Source: Podarcis filfolensis (Eukaryota). Taken from it: a stretch of DNA of 64,000 nt. The stretch lies in the NCBI GenBank assembly GCA_964270895.1, contig OZ185436.1, one strand, 5' to 3'. Position numbers and translations under genes: made by a program. How positions within the stretch are numbered: the stretch's first letter is position 1; each line of letters starts with the position of its first letter. Shown here piece after piece: positions 63,142-64,000 of the stretch. The notes beneath the pieces are model-generated. The model ran no database searches. It was not told the DNA's origin and worked only from the letters and a program-made list of their open reading frames with translations.

Positions 63142-64000
63142 TTCTAAACTGCTTAATCACACAAAGGAGGAATCAGTTCAAGAGCCCTTCTTTGCCTGTA
63201 ACTCTACTTCACTGGGAGCACGTTGGTGGGTGGAACCATTGCTGCTGGCCCCCCAGACCTCAATCAGTTCAAAATATAGCTACTGTCTAAAATTAATTGT
63301 TGCCTGGGACTTTAAGCTATAGGTTTAACATTCTCAGACCACAATCTGAGAAACAAACAATTATCTGTGATGATGGATGGAAAGCAATCTGGACCACCAC
63401 ATCCTTTTGGCCAAGTTTCAAGTATTCAGTGAGAAAATTCAGTCCGATACCAAAATTATGGCCAAAGGTTTGCAGCCTCCTTGTGCCAGAAAATGCAATG
63501 AACTAGAAATGAGTACAGCTAGTCAAGCAGTCCGGTGTCATTAAACATGACGGCATTATGGTGCAGCAGGTAGCTGCAATGGTGCAAACGAACTAGGGTG
63601 TCAATAATACAGACGCATATCAGAAAAAAATCTGGAAATTATCTAAAAATAAAATTAGAATGTGTATTTATTTAAAATGCATAATATACTTGGAACATGG
63701 ACTGCATCATAATGGGATCATCTAGGTGCCTGCAGCAATTATATGACTAGAAATTACTGCAAGTAATTTATTGAGCACAGCATTATATCAAAATAAAAAG
63801 GAACACCTTGTTCTTTGAAAACACTGCAGGCTTTATTCAGCAATGCACTAAAGCAACAGTTATTATGCTCGCTAATCATCCAAAAGCTTATATGGAAATA
63901 GATGAAGGGACATCAAAACTAGTAGCTGGCTAGATAAAATGTAACAAATGATTAAGACAATGTAGAAATGGAGACTTAACTGGAGATATAGATAATGGGT

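Overview
Vertebrate genomic DNA from a squamate, most likely a lacertid lizard (inferred from Sauria SINE and Squam3/Squam2-type SINE content). It contains the complete six-exon coding region of PPARG on the minus strand: 58980-58758, 58074-57905, 56880-56742, 50887-50688, 44130-43680 and 34572-34325. All introns are GT-AG, the CDS is 1431 nt (476 aa), and the 3'UTR carries 8-mer miR-27 and miR-130 sites. Positions 1-34 kb are intergenic sequence downstream of PPARG with no coding exon I can support; I looked for TSEN2, the usual neighbour, and did not find it. The rest is repeats: a dead 5'-truncated CR1 in intron 5, L2 fragments, SINEs, Tc1/mariner-type MITEs (TA TSD), hAT MITEs (8-bp TSD), a Penelope remnant, a possible solo LTR, microsatellites and two N gaps. 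The most interesting lead is a candidate upstream first exon at about 63.1 kb. There an ATG is followed by a (GTGA)4 array of four tandem 5' splice sites, which would give either a 6-aa N-terminally extended PPARG or three different uORF configurations. This is inference and needs transcript data. I found no evidence for a wholly new gene system.
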